In this document: piece after piece, positions 1 through 12,243 of the stretch
Layout of the letters: the number at the start of each line of letters is the position of its first letter
Position numbering within the stretch: the stretch's first letter is position 1
Assembly: GCF_032444005.1 (NCBI RefSeq)
Contig: NC_091288.1
Location: forward strand, 12,772,001-12,836,000
Origin: Ranitomeya imitator
Taxonomy: Eukaryota
Direction of reading: 5' to 3'
DNA: 64,000 nt
Translations under genes and position numbers: made by a program
The notes under the pieces: model-generated
Seen by the model: only the letters and a program-made list of their open reading frames with translations
Database searches by the model: none
Told to the model about the DNA's origin: nothing

Positions 1-2214
1 CACTGTGCCTGGGGGCATGACAGCCCTCTCTGATATGGAGGCATCATGGCTGGAATCATGGTGGCTGTCAATGATATGGAGGTACCATGGCTAGGAGCAG
101 TGTGGCTATGGTGTGGATGCACCGTGGCTGAGAACATAGTGGCTCAGACATTAAGATGTGGGGACTGACTCCATCCACCTTGCCTAAATCTGATCCTGTG
201 TCTGACTCCCACATTACACCACCATGGATGAATCAGATAATTGGCACGTGCCTGGCTCTGACACAGGGGCCCTGTGACCAGCACTGATCTGGGGGCCCCT
301 CAGCTAGTTATGTTATATGAGGCATGGTGGCTGACATGGATATCAGGATACCATGACATATTGTGATATTTATTGTGCTGTCACTTTAGGGGGCTGTGAT
401 TTGTCTTCTATGTCTTGTGGGGATACCAGCTAAGCTCATTCTCCCTTACAGAGAATATGGAAGAAGACCCCAAAGTACTGAATCCAAGGGCCATAGATAT
501 GTCACAGAGACACAACTAAGAAGCCCCCACCCCGACTCGCCCTGATTTGTGGCCCCATTGCAGTCTTGATCAATGCTGATCACATCCCTGTATAAACAGA
601 ACATGGGTGGAATCGCTCTCGGGTCACACAAGGCAAATGTTAGCACTAAGTTATAGGTTCAGTCCTTTCCTTCACCAAACAGTCCCCTCCATGGGAATGT
701 AAACTGTACAGAGCGGGTGGGTCGGGGAGCGAGGCCTCGGCTGAGCCATGGGTGTTATTTGGGGCGTGCTGCGAGCTCGGTGCTAGCACAAGGTGAGGTT
801 GCCGGATCCTTATAAACCGGCTTATCTGCATTATTCCTGCCGGAGTAGTTTACATTACGGGTGTGAAGAGAGCGGAGAGGTGAAGTCATGTTTACCACCC
901 ATTTATCCATCTTATTCTCTGAAATCAAAGCTCTGGAATTACTCTGATGTAGTAGAGCCCAGATGTCATTTATTTTTTTGTGTTGTTTGGCTTTGGCTCA
1001 ATTACCCCTAAAAAAAACTCATAACCTCCATAAAAAAGTGAGCAGTTCTGCAACCTTATAATATACATTGTGCGCCCATTCACCATTAACATCATGACCT
1101 CTGCTTGCTGTCAGTGACTGGGTTCATTGTTATTAGAGCACCTGGAAAGCTGAACAAACCTAATAATTGTGTCCAGTCTACATGTACAGATACATTGTAG
1201 CAAATTGTGCTGTGGAGGCTGCTGCTCAGGATACAATGTAACAAAAGCACGCTTCCATTTACTGACCGCAAACAGAGCTCTTGAAAATGGTAATGAATTG
1301 AAACAAAATAGTAAATGACAAAGCTATAGAACTTTCCGTTATAAGACGGGAGGAGCGGGCGAGAGGTGGCTGTGCAGGACATCCATTGCTTATTGTAGGC
1401 CTATAATATATTCCTCTGGGCCCCATTAGGACCCATGCACCCAGTGGAGCCCATTACATAGAGTATGTACAGCAGCTCGGAGCACCGTATTTTCCCCGAG
1501 AAGCCATTGCTGCCTTGTTCTGCGTTTATCAGGAATGGCCAATTTGTGACAAATCTACCATGACTTCACTCAATTTCCTCTGCTCAATATTTACCAACCA
1601 TCACGAGAAATTTTGCTCAAATTCTGGCAGAGCAACTTTAAGCGAGGCCGTACCATTCCTAATCTTACTATAGTTAAATTTTGTGCATATTCTGACTTTT
1701 AATGGATGCTCAAAATTAACCCCTTAGCGAGCTGTGACGGGTGTGAGCGAGCGCATGGGGCATCGTACAGCAGCAGCCGGACTTTTAATCTCATTAGTTA
1801 GATGCTGCTGTGAATCGGTGACATTTAAAAAGTTTCAAACAGTTCGGCCGTCAATAGTATTGATAAAAATGCCATCACCACCAAAATACAGCCCCTCGGC
1901 CCACCGACACACAGCTTCATACAGTAATGAATAACAAGCATTACAAGAAAATGGTGACACATTTTTTATACAAAAGAAAAAGGATCCAAAACAGAAGCTA
2001 ACTATAAGTTTAGTGTCCCTGTAATTGCACTCAGATAGAGAATTATTGTCTCCGGTCAGTTTTTGTGCACAATAAACATTGTAAAAACAAAACCCCAAAA
2101 AATGGTGAAATCACATTTTTTTCACATTTTACTTGGTACATTATGGTGGCTCTTCTATTATTGACCTGTATTATTATATTATTAGTGGGCTAGGCTATAT
2201 TAACATTTGGAAAC

Positions 2215-2330
2215 AAAACAAAACCCGGCACTCAACTTTGCGGTGAGGTTAAAGGTGGATTTATTCAATCCCAGTATATGACAAGACGTTTCGGTCCCAA
2301 CCAGAGACCTTCATCAATTACGTACAGAGG
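2215..2330 (-). mobile_element. Penelope-like element 3' terminal fragment with decayed hammerhead motif
   Basis: Minus strand reads UUGAUGA-A-GGUCUC(UGGUU)GGGACC-GAAA-CG-UC, then AATAAA, then TTGAGTGCC; same layout as the arms of the 2676-3252 element. Confidence 0.55.
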
Positions 2331-2675
2331 GATAAGTTATTTTGACTGAGAAATGGTTCTTCAAGCCAATAAGGTGGATAGTAGATTAGAAGTCATTTGA
2401 ATGAGATAGATGCAGCCTGTGTCGTGGCTGCTGGCGCAGAATCCACCGCAGTACAGTACAGGGGTGTGGTTGTGTCTTCTTCCCATCCTCCACGGTGCGG
2501 TTGTGTAGAGTGTCCCCGCAGGGGTTATGACGCCCTCCCTTCATGTGCGGTTGTGTAATGTGCCCCCGCTGTGGTTATGACGTGCCCCTCCGGGGTGGGA
2601 TTGTGGTGCCTTCCCCTGCGGTGCGGTTCTTTAGTGTGCCTGGTGTACAGTTTTGAAGTGTGCCCCCGCTGTGGT

Positions 2676-3252
2676 TATTAAAGATGAATGAAACTTGGCA
2701 CTCAATTTTTGAGAAGAAAAGCTTCTTAGTTTATTGATGCATCCAGACAAACAAAACCGCAAAACGTTTTCGGTCCACACCGGACCTTCGTCAGAGCGTT
2801 TCTTAGACATTGACTGGATGAGGAAGCTAATGAGCCTGAATGAGCGTCAGCCAGAGCACGGGATATAGGAGCTGCAGTCTGCTGCAGGATCACAAAGGAA
2901 GGTGAAGCGCCAGAGGAGAGGCACAAAGCCTGGAGGGAGTAACGGCGCTGGATCCTGAGCGCTAGTAGTGCAGAGCAGAGGAGAGCGACTCCCTCCAGGC
3001 TTTGTGCCTCTCCTCTGGCGCTTCACCTTCCTTTGTGATCCTGCAGCAGACTGCAGCTCCTATATCCCGTGCTCTGGCTGACGCTCATTCAGGCTCATTA
3101 GCTTCCTCATCCAGTCAATGTCTAAGAAACGCTCTGACGAAGGTCCGGTGTGGACCGAAAACGTTTAGCGGTTTTGTTTGTCTGGATGCATCAATAAACT
3201 AAGAAGCTTTTCTTCTCAAAAATTGAGTGCCAAGTTTCATTCATCTTTAATA
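2676..3252. mobile_element. 577-bp palindromic Penelope-like element (two inverted hammerhead-containing terminal copies)
   Basis: Arms 2676-2940 and 2988-3252 (265 bp, 1 mismatch), 47-bp spacer; each arm reads outward as hammerhead motif - AATAAA - TTGAGTGCC. Confidence 0.75.
3127..3174 (+). ncRNA. Minimal type I hammerhead ribozyme-like motif (antisense twin at ~2754-2801)
   Basis: Stem I CGCU/AGCG; core CUGACGA 3134-3140; extra A; stem II GGUCC/GGACC; GAAA 3157-3160; palindromic AACGUU stem III; putative cleavage after U3166. Activity untested. Confidence 0.6.
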
Positions 3253-6200
3253 TACGGGGTGGACACCCTACTTGAGCACCGCCAACCCTCATATCTACTG
3301 AGTGCCGTATTTCCTTACCGTATCCCGCTGTGGTTATGACGGCCTCCCTCCATGGTGCGGTTGTGTAGTGTGTCCCCGCTAAGGTTATGACTCCCTCCCT
3401 CCATGGTGCGGTTGTGTAGTGTACCCCTGCTGAGGTTAGGATGCCCTTCCTCCATGGTGCGGTTGTGTAGTGTGCTCCCGCTGAGGTTATGATGCCCTCC
3501 CTCCATGGTGCGGTTGTGTAGTATGCCCCCGCTGCGGTTATGATGCACTCCCTCCATGGTGCGGTTGTGTAATGTGCCCCCACTGAGGTAATGACGCCCT
3601 CCCTCCATGGTGCAGTTGTGTAGTGTGCCACCACTGAGGTAATGACGCCCTCCCTCCATGCATCAGTTGTGTAGTGTGCCCCCAATGAGGTAATGACGCC
3701 CTCCCTCCATGGTGCAGTTGTGTAGTGTGGCCCCGCTGTGGTTATGATACCCTCCCTCCATAGTGCGGTTGTGTAGTGTGCCCCCGCTGAGGTTATGATG
3801 CTCTCCCTCCATGGTGCGGTTGTGTAGTGTGCCCCCGCTGAGGCTATGATGCCCTCCCTCCATGGTGCGGTTGTGTAGTGTGTCCCTGCTGAGGTTATGA
3901 TGCCCTCCCTCCATGGTGCGGTTGTGTAGTGTGCCCCCGCTGAGGTTATGATGCCCTCCCTCCATGGTGCGGTTGTGTAGTGTGCCCCCGCTGCGATTAT
4001 GATGCCCTCCCTCCATGGTGCGTTTGTGTAGTGTACCCCTGCTGCGCTTATGATGCCCTCCCTCCATGATGCGGTTGTGTAGTGTGCCCCCCGCTGTGGT
4101 TATGATGCCCTCCCTCCATGGTGCCGTTGTGTAGTGTGCCCCCACTGCGGTTATGATGCCCTCCCTCCATGGTGCGTTTGTGTAGTGTACCCCTGCTGCG
4201 CTTATGATGCCCTCCCTCCATGATGCGGTTGTGTAGTGTGCCCCCCGCTGTGGTTATGATGCCCTCCCTCCATGGTGCCGTTGTGTAGTGTGCCCCCACT
4301 GCGGTTATGATGCCCTCCCTCCATGGTGCGTTTGTGTAGTGTACCCCTGCTGCGCTTATGATGCCCTCCCTCCATAGTGCAGTTGTGTAGTGTACCCCCG
4401 CTGTGGTTATGACGCCCTCCCTCCATGGTGCGGTTGTGTAGTGTGCACCCGCTGAGGTTATGACGCCCTCCCTCCATGGTGCGGTTGTGTAGTGTGCCCC
4501 CGCTGAGGTTATGACACCCTCCCTCCATGGTGCGGTTGTGTAGTGTGCCCCCGCTGCGGTTATGAGGCCCTCCCTCCATGGTGCGGTTGTGTAGTGTGCC
4601 CCCGCTGCGGTTATGATGCCCTCCCTCCATGATGCGGTTGTGTAGTGTGCGCCCGCTGCGGTTATGATGCCCTCCCTCCATGGTGCGGTTGTGTAGTATG
4701 CCCCCGCTGTGGTTATGACGCCCTCCCTCTATGGTGCGGTTGTGTAGTGTGCCCACGCTGAGGTTATGGCACCCTCCCTCCATAGTGCGGTTGTGTAGTG
4801 TGCCCCCGCTGCGGTTATGAGGCCCTCCCTCCATGGTGCGGTTGTGTAGTGTGCCCCTGCTGCGGTTATGACGACCTCCCTCCGGGGTGGGATTGTGGTG
4901 CCTGCCCCCGCGGTGCGGTTGTGTAGTGTGCCCCCGCTGAGGTTATGATGCCCTCCCTCTATGTGGTGCGGTTGTGTAGTGTGCCCCCGCTGCGGTTATG
5001 AGGCCCTCCCTCCATGGTGCGGTTGTGTAGTGTGCCCCCGCTGCGGTTATGAGGCCCTCCCTCCATGGTGCGGTTGTGTAGTGTGCCCCCGCTGCGGTTA
5101 TGAGGCCCTCCCTCCATGGTGCGGTTGTGTAGTGTGCCCCTGCTGCGGTTATGACGACCTCCCTCCAGGGTGGGATTGTGGTGCCTGCCCCCGCGGTGCG
5201 GTTGTGTAGTGTGCCCCCGCTGTGGTTATGACGCCCTCCCTCCATGGTGGGGTTGTGTAGTGTGCCCCCGCTGCGGTTATGACGACCTCCCTCCATGGTG
5301 CGGTTGTGTAGTGTGCCCCCGCTGTGGTTATGATGCCCTCCCTCCATGGTGCGGTTGTGTAGTGTGCCCCCGCTGAGGTTATGACGCCCTCCCTCCATGG
5401 TGGGGTTGTGTAGTGTGCCCCCGCTGTGGTTATGATGCCCTCCCTCCATGGTGCGGTTGTGTAGTGTGCCCCCGCTGTGGTTATGACGACCTCCCTCCAT
5501 GGTGCGGTTGTGTAGTGTGGCCCCCGCTGCGGTTATGACGACCTCCCTCCATGGTGGGGTTGTGTAGTGTGCCCCCGCTGTGGTTATGACGACCTCCCTC
5601 CATGGTGGGGTTGTGTAGTGTGCCCCCGCTGTGGTTATGACGACCTCCCTCCATGGTGGGGTTGTGTAGTGTGGCCCCCGCTGTGGTTATGATGACCTCC
5701 CTCCATGGTGAGGTTGTGTAGTGTGGCCCCCGCTGTGGTTATGACGACCTCCCTCCATGGTGGGGTTGTGTAGTGTGGCCCCGCTGTGGTTATGATGCCC
5801 TCCCTCCATGGTGAGGTTGTGTAGTGTGGCCCCCGCTGTGGTTATGATGCCCTCCCTCCATGGTGAGGTTGTGTAGTGTGCCCCCGCTGTGGTTATGATG
5901 CCCTCCCTCCATGGTGCGGTTGTGTAGTGTGCCCCCGCTGTGGTTATGACGACCTCCCTCCATGGTGCGGTTGTGTAGTGTGGCCCCCGCTGCGGTTATG
6001 ACGACCTCCCTCCATGGTGGGGTTGTGTAGTGTGCCCCCGCTGTGGTTATGATGCCCTCCCTCCATGGTGCGGTTGTGTAGTGTGCCCCCGCTGTGGTTA
6101 TGACGACCTCCCTCCATGGTGCGGTTGTGTAGTGTGGCCCCCGCTGCGGTTATGACGACCTCCCTCCATGGTGGGGTTGTGTAGTGTGCCCCCGCTGTGG

Positions 6201-7149
6201 TTATGACGACCTCCCTCCATGGTGGGGTTGTGTAGTGTGCCCCCGCTGTGGTTATGACGACCTCCCTCCATGGTGGGGTTGTGTAGTGTGGCCCCCGCTG
6301 TGGTTATGATGACCTCCCTCCATGGTGAGGTTGTGTAGTGTGGCCCCCGCTGTGGTTATGACGACCTCCCTCCATGGTGGGGTTGTGTAGTGTGGCCCCG
6401 CTGTGGTTATGACGACCTCCCTCCATGGTGGGGTTGTGTAGTGTGGCCCCCGCTGTGGTTATGATGCCCTCCCTCCATGGTGAGGTTGTGTAGTGTGCCC
6501 CCGCTGTGGTTATGATGCCCTCCCTCCATGGTGAGGTTGTGTAGTGTGCCCCCGCTGCGGTTATGAGGCCCTCCCTCCATGGTGCGGTTGTGTAGTGTGC
6601 CCCTGCTGCGGTTATGACGACCTCCCTCCGGGGTGGGATTGTGGTGCCTGCCCCCGCGGTGCGGTTGTGTAGTGTGCCCCCGCTGAGGTTATGATGCCCT
6701 CCCTCCATGGTGAGGTTGTGTAGTGTGCCCCCGCTGCGGTTATGACGCGCCCCTCCGGGGTGGGATTGTGGTGCCTGCCCCCGCGGTGCGGTTGTGTAGT
6801 GTGCCCCCGCTGAGGTTATGATGCCCTCCCTCCATGGTGAGGTTGTGTAGTGTGCCCCCGCTGCGGTTATGACGCGCCCCTCCGGGGTGGGATTGTGGCG
6901 CCTTCCCCCGCGGTGCGGCTCAGACACGCGCCCTCATAACATATTTAACCCTTTGAGCAATGTGTTTCCCCAGCAGCCTCGTATATCCCACTGTCGCGGG
7001 CTGTCAGCACGGATTGTCCTCAGTCACGGAATAAAATGTGAACTGGAGAAAACACGGAGAATTCCTGTCATTCAATCAATGGGAAGAGCTCACGCTGGAC
7101 AGGCGGCGCACAGACAGCCCTACTGCCTGACCGGGGCCTTCCATCTCCC

Positions 7150-7620
7150 CCGGTGGCCATTTTGTTGTACGGTGGAAATAAAGTTTTCCTTTCAGTAAAA
7201 ATATAATGAGAAACTGTCATTTGTGTCCGCCATGGTGGAAGTATCGATGATACAATACTTTTCTGTCACGATAGATGCAGTTTTGGTTTTTTCTTCGCAC
7301 AGACGCCATGTTGTTGTACGGCGGAAGTGTGAGCGGGAGGCGCCATATTGCCTGACTGCCTCGCAGGACGGGAAGCCGAGAGTCTGGGCGGGGAGCGGCC
7401 GCCTGTCACTGACGGACACCGAGAAGCAGCTTCATCCTTCCGTGAGGTGAATCCCCCCGCAGCCAGGAGCCGCCATGATCCTGCTGGAGGTGAACAACCG
7501 CATCATCGAGGACACCCTGAGCCTCAAGTTCGAGAACTCCGCGGCCGGGTGAGTGCGGGGGAGGAGGGCGGCGGCCGGTGGGACCGGGTGCTACTGTAAC
7601 AACCCCCCAGCGGTGACAGG
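7150..7620 (+). promoter_or_regulatory. CpG-rich TATA-less housekeeping promoter of ARPC2
   Basis: CpG-dense; ETS/GABP-type GCGGAAGT 7321-7328; YY1-type GCCATNTT at 7156-7163, 7305-7312, 7342-7349; no TATA box seen. TSS not determinable from sequence. Confidence 0.7.
7475..7548 (+). CDS. ARPC2: ARPC2 coding exon 1 ([25 protein letters not shown])
   Basis: GCCGCCATG Kozak context; donor GG|GTGAGT. Confidence 0.97.
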
Positions 7621-10600
7621 AAGCCCTCCCGGACTGTAGGGATGTGGCCATTCACTGACAGCAAGCAGAGATGGGAGGCTGGTGGTGTTTGCCCACATTC
7701 ATGGATTCCAGTCCAGAGCTGTTACTTCTCACAGCTGGGGGTTTGTTACAGCAGCATCCTGTGAGGCGCAGGCTGTTGGGGCCATGCTGGGAGTTGTAGT
7801 GTTACAGCAGCTGCAGGAGATGCCTGACCCCCGCCCCTGTCATCTCCAGACTGATACATTGTAACCACCTGTCCCTGTGTTCAGAGAATTATCAGCACCA
7901 AATGCAACTGTAACAAACCCGCAGCTGTGAGGCGGGAAAAACTGTTACTCCCCCTCTGTACTTAAATGTTTCCATTCCCTGACAGCAAGCAGGGAGGGAG
8001 ATGAAGTGAAGCACACGGAGCAGCCGTCCATCGTGGATTTTTCTGACGCTCCAGTGTTGAGACATTTGGCATTTTTACGCTTTGCCCCGCCTACTATTGT
8101 AGATGGGTGTGGCTTATCAGGGGCGGGGCCCAGGTGGATGGGTTATGTTATAAAGGACCACCCGGATGTTTGACTTGTCAGTGATGTGCGGACGCTGCCC
8201 CCATCATGGCGTCCCCTCTGGATACATATATATATATATACCCTCAGTAGAGGAAGTGGGGAGACGTCGTTCGCGTCACTTCCTCTTCTCTGCTGCATTT
8301 CAGGACAAGCCCCATCGTGTCCGCAGCGAGCGCTGTCCCCGGAGCCGTGCTCATACTCGTCCCAGCAATGTGCACGGCTCCAGTAGTTCCCAGTGTAGTG
8401 AAAGCCGGGGCTGGTGGTATTATCAGATTGGGGGGGCCGTGCTCTCACCCCCTCTGCTCAGCTGTCTTCACCCATACGAGCCCCCCCACCTACCTGCTCG
8501 CTGTCTACTTAAAGGGGCTTTCCGGGTTTAGACTATTGATGCATCATCAGGGCAGTATTATCAGATGCTTCATTAATTTTCTGAGGCTGCCTGACGTAGC
8601 CCCCCGCCCTTTCACTTAGTGGTTGGACCCCCTACTCGCAGTAGTTTTCTGCTCCTGCTGAAGGCTTCACAGTGAAGGTGTGCTTATAAAGGAAGCAATA
8701 ATTATCCCTTGCTTCTGATCTTCGTCCGTGAGACTAGAAAAGAACGAACCGACCAGCGATCACGTAACGCTGCAGCCAATCATCAGCCTCAGGTGTCCTC
8801 TGTCCCGGAGTGCTAGAGAGAAGGGCAGAATTTGGAGATATTGAAGGCTTTCATCTATGACGAGCACAGATTACCAATGTCACGCTTTAAGGAATATCAG
8901 AGACCCCTTTAGCACTGATTCTGTGGACAGTAGTAACTTTTTACCCGAATATACCCCTTTAAGTAAACTGCACACAGGTTGGCTCACACCAGGTTTGCTG
9001 CCCCTTCCAACAATTGATCGGGGGTCTGACGATGCTGATCTAACAGTCATCATCATCGTCTTTATTTTTATGTAGCGCTAACATATTCCGCAGCACTTTA
9101 CAGCTTTACACACATTATCATCGCTGTCCCCAATGGGGCTCACAATCTACATTCCCTATCAGTACGTCTTTGGAATATGGGAGGAAACCAGAGAACCCGG
9201 AGGAAACTCACGCGAACATGGGGAGAACATACAAACTCTTTGCAGATGTTGTCCTTGGTGGGGTTTGAACCCAGGACTCCAGCGCTGCAGTGCTAACCAC
9301 TGTGCCACCGTGCTGCCCATAGTGTTGGTTTATGCTAATAAATGGCCCATTAACACTCAAAACCCAGAAAGTCCCTTAAAAATCTGTTGGTAACGTCAAG
9401 CCGTCCCCCCTCACTGCATACTGGCGGTGTTGTGTGGCCCCTCTCCTGAGCGTGCTCTGTCCTGGCGGTGCCACATGGCACATCTTCCGAGCGCGGTCCC
9501 TCTTGGCGGCACCCATCCCCCACGCTCACTCTGTCCTAGCACTGCGCTGGACCTGTATGGGCCGATGTTGCCGTAAATTGCGCCTGTCGTTATATTTCCC
9601 ATAAATCGCATGTATACGTGTGATATCGGCAGTCGTATTCCCTTCTCCACCTTCCATCACTTAGTTCGTCTCTTTAGAAATGTTCTGAATCTTCCTCAGT
9701 GGCCGACAGATCAGTCCAAAGTAATAAAATAATAATAATTCTGCAGCACTTCATAATTCTGAGCTGAGAATGCAGAATAACATAGGTTCACCACAAGAGG
9801 AGTGAGGCCTGTGCTTACAGTCTACGAATAGGGCAGAGGGGGGATGCGGCTGCAGGCTCTCTCCATTGGAGGCTGGTATAGTCAGTGGTGATACAAAGAT
9901 GACGCAGTAGGAAGTTAGTAGCTGTTATCTTCTGCATCGGGTGGATCAGCTGATGTCGGCTTCCAGTCTTCATTTTTCACCTGTTCATAATTTTTTTTTT
10001 TTTTCCTTTCCTTTTGTAGGAACAAGCCGGAGGCTGTGGAGGTGACATTCGCAGGTGACACTTCTATTTTTTTTTTTTTATATCATGTCAGTTATAATGC
10101 AGCTCGTCTGTGGTTCCACCTGTTATTGCCATTTTATAAAGTGACAGCATGTTCCTGGGATAATCTAATCCGTCATTTTATGACCGGTGGGGTCTGAAGC
10201 TCTGGGAGAATGAAGACGATGCAGAGCTGATTTATGGTTTTATGTCCTTCACTGCACCAGGAAAACAAGGACACAGCACTAAAACAGCTCTGTAGCCCCT
10301 GTATTTTCCAGTTCAGTGGGGCCACCACCGATGACAAAGTGATGGCTTATCCTGGCGATTTGTAACCATTGTACAACATGAGAATTCCCTTTAATGAGAC
10401 TGTCCAATCTGCAGGCAAAAAAAAAGTCCCAAGCCACCATTTCTGCGCTTAATACACCAAGCCTCAGAGCTAGATGGAATATTGTGGGCTGGCGTAATTC
10501 TGCTCAGGGTTTGTTACAATGCATCAGTGCAGGATCATGTATCTCCCTTCTATCATGTACTCTCCTGTACTGATACATTGTTACAAGCTCCACTGCAGCA

Positions 10601-12209
10601 GAATCGAGTGCAGTCGTACATTATTGAGCAGCACAACGAGCCGTTAACTAGTGATTTATCGTTGTGTAATCCTGGACGTGTCCTGTAATTGCTGCTCATC
10701 AGGGTGGATTTGTGTCACCAGCAGCGGCTGAGTCTCCATAGTGGAGAGGAAATGGGGTGTCTACATGCAATAAAGTTACACAAACTTCACATCTGTATCT
10801 TGTTTTTTTTCTTTTCTTTGTCCATTTGAATCCACATGACCCAATGAGTTTATATGACACCACTCCCTGTCCTGTATGTACAGTCTACAGCTCCCACTGA
10901 GGTTGTTACATAGCGTCTGGATGATTAACCTAATGATGTGATTTTCTCCCTCTCCCCCTTGTAGACTTTGATGGCGTTCTGTATCACATCTCCAACCCTA
11001 ATGCCGACAAGGCGAAGGTGATGATCAGCATCTCTCTGAAATTCTACAAGGAGCTGCAGGATCATGGGGCCGATGAGGTGCGTGCCAAAAGTTAGAATTC
11101 AGAGGTTCAGGGGCCACATATGGGTAATTATTCATTTTATTTCACCCTCTTTCATATATTCCGTTATGTTTAATGAAGGAAGCCGTCACCCCCAAAATCG
11201 ATGGTGAGGTAAGCTCACCGTCATCAGGGGCTTATCTACAGCATGCTGTAATGCTGTAGATAAGCCCCCGATGTTACCTGAAAGAGGAGAAAAAGAGGTT
11301 ATATTACACTCACCCAGGGGCGGTCCTGCTGCTGGTCCGGTCAAATGGGTGTCTCAGGTCCACTCCGGCGCCTCCTATCTTCATTCCATTACGTCCTCTT
11401 CTGGTCTTCACACCGCGGCGCAGGCGTGCTTTATCTCCCTGTTGAGGGCAGAGTAAAGTACTGCAGTGCGTAGGCGCTGGGCCTCTCTGACTTTTCCGGC
11501 GCCTGTGCACTGCAGTACTTTGCTCTGCCCTCAACAGGGAGATAAAGTACGCCTGCGCCAGAGCCACGGCGTGAAAACCAGAAGAGGACGTCATGGAATG
11601 AAGATGGGAGGCGCCGGAGTGGACCTGAGACACCCATCGGAGCAGGACCGCCCCTGGGTGAGTATAATCTAACCTCTTTTTCTCCTCTTTCAGGTAACAT
11701 CGGCGGCTTATCTACAGCATAAGCCCCTGATGACGGTCAGCTTACCTCACCATCAATTTTGGGGGTGACAGGTTCCCTTTAAAGGGATTGTTTCGTGAAT
11801 ATAATGGAGCTGAAGGTTGGAAGATTCCTCTCCTTTCCCCATAAAGGGGAGACGCTGCTATTTCCAAATCCCATTCTTTTTCTGAAGGCTTCCCAAAGTC
11901 CCAGCTGATCAAACACTGATACATGGTTACAAACTTCAGCAGTGACACCAGGACAAAGTCAAGTTTTCAGTCCCTGTAGTTGGGGAGAAATGAGCAGCAA
12001 GCAGTGATGTTGAATTTGGTAAAGCAAGAACGTTTGTTACGAAGTGCAGGGAGGTGAATGGAGGATACACCGCCGGCCCCTCCACACCAGCAGACCCCAG
12101 GGGCATTGCTTCACATTCACTTTCCTTTACAGTCCTCCATAGTCTCATGCACAGCAGGGTGATCTCCTGTGGGGGAGGGGGATTACATTATTTGTAGTTA
12201 CATTGACCC

Positions 12210-12243
<34 letters not shown>

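Larger units (their letters stand above)
2455..6920. repeat. 51-bp GC-rich minisatellite, ~70 copies in the main array 3320-6920 plus degenerate units 2455-2675
   Basis: Unit CCCTCCCTCCATGGTGCGGTTGTGTAGTGTGCCCCCGCTGTGGTTATGATG; gives 17-aa periodic ORFs in the track; interrupted by the 2676-3252 palindrome. Confidence 0.97.

Noticed and set aside
3320-6920. CCTCCCT in every unit resembles the human PRDM9 hotspot motif
   Set aside because: That motif is specific to human PRDM9 alleles; no basis for transfer to this species.
3191-6927. Many long His/Gly- or Cys-rich ORFs (MEGGHHNRSGGTLHNRT, WCGCVVCPR repeats)
   Set aside because: By-products of a 51-bp (3n) minisatellite; frames switch at indels, with no splice or start context.
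7441-7462. GTGAG..CCCCCCGCAG just before the ARPC2 ATG as a 5' UTR intron
   Set aside because: The nearest donors give 16-22 nt introns, too short; an upstream non-coding exon remains possible but cannot be placed.
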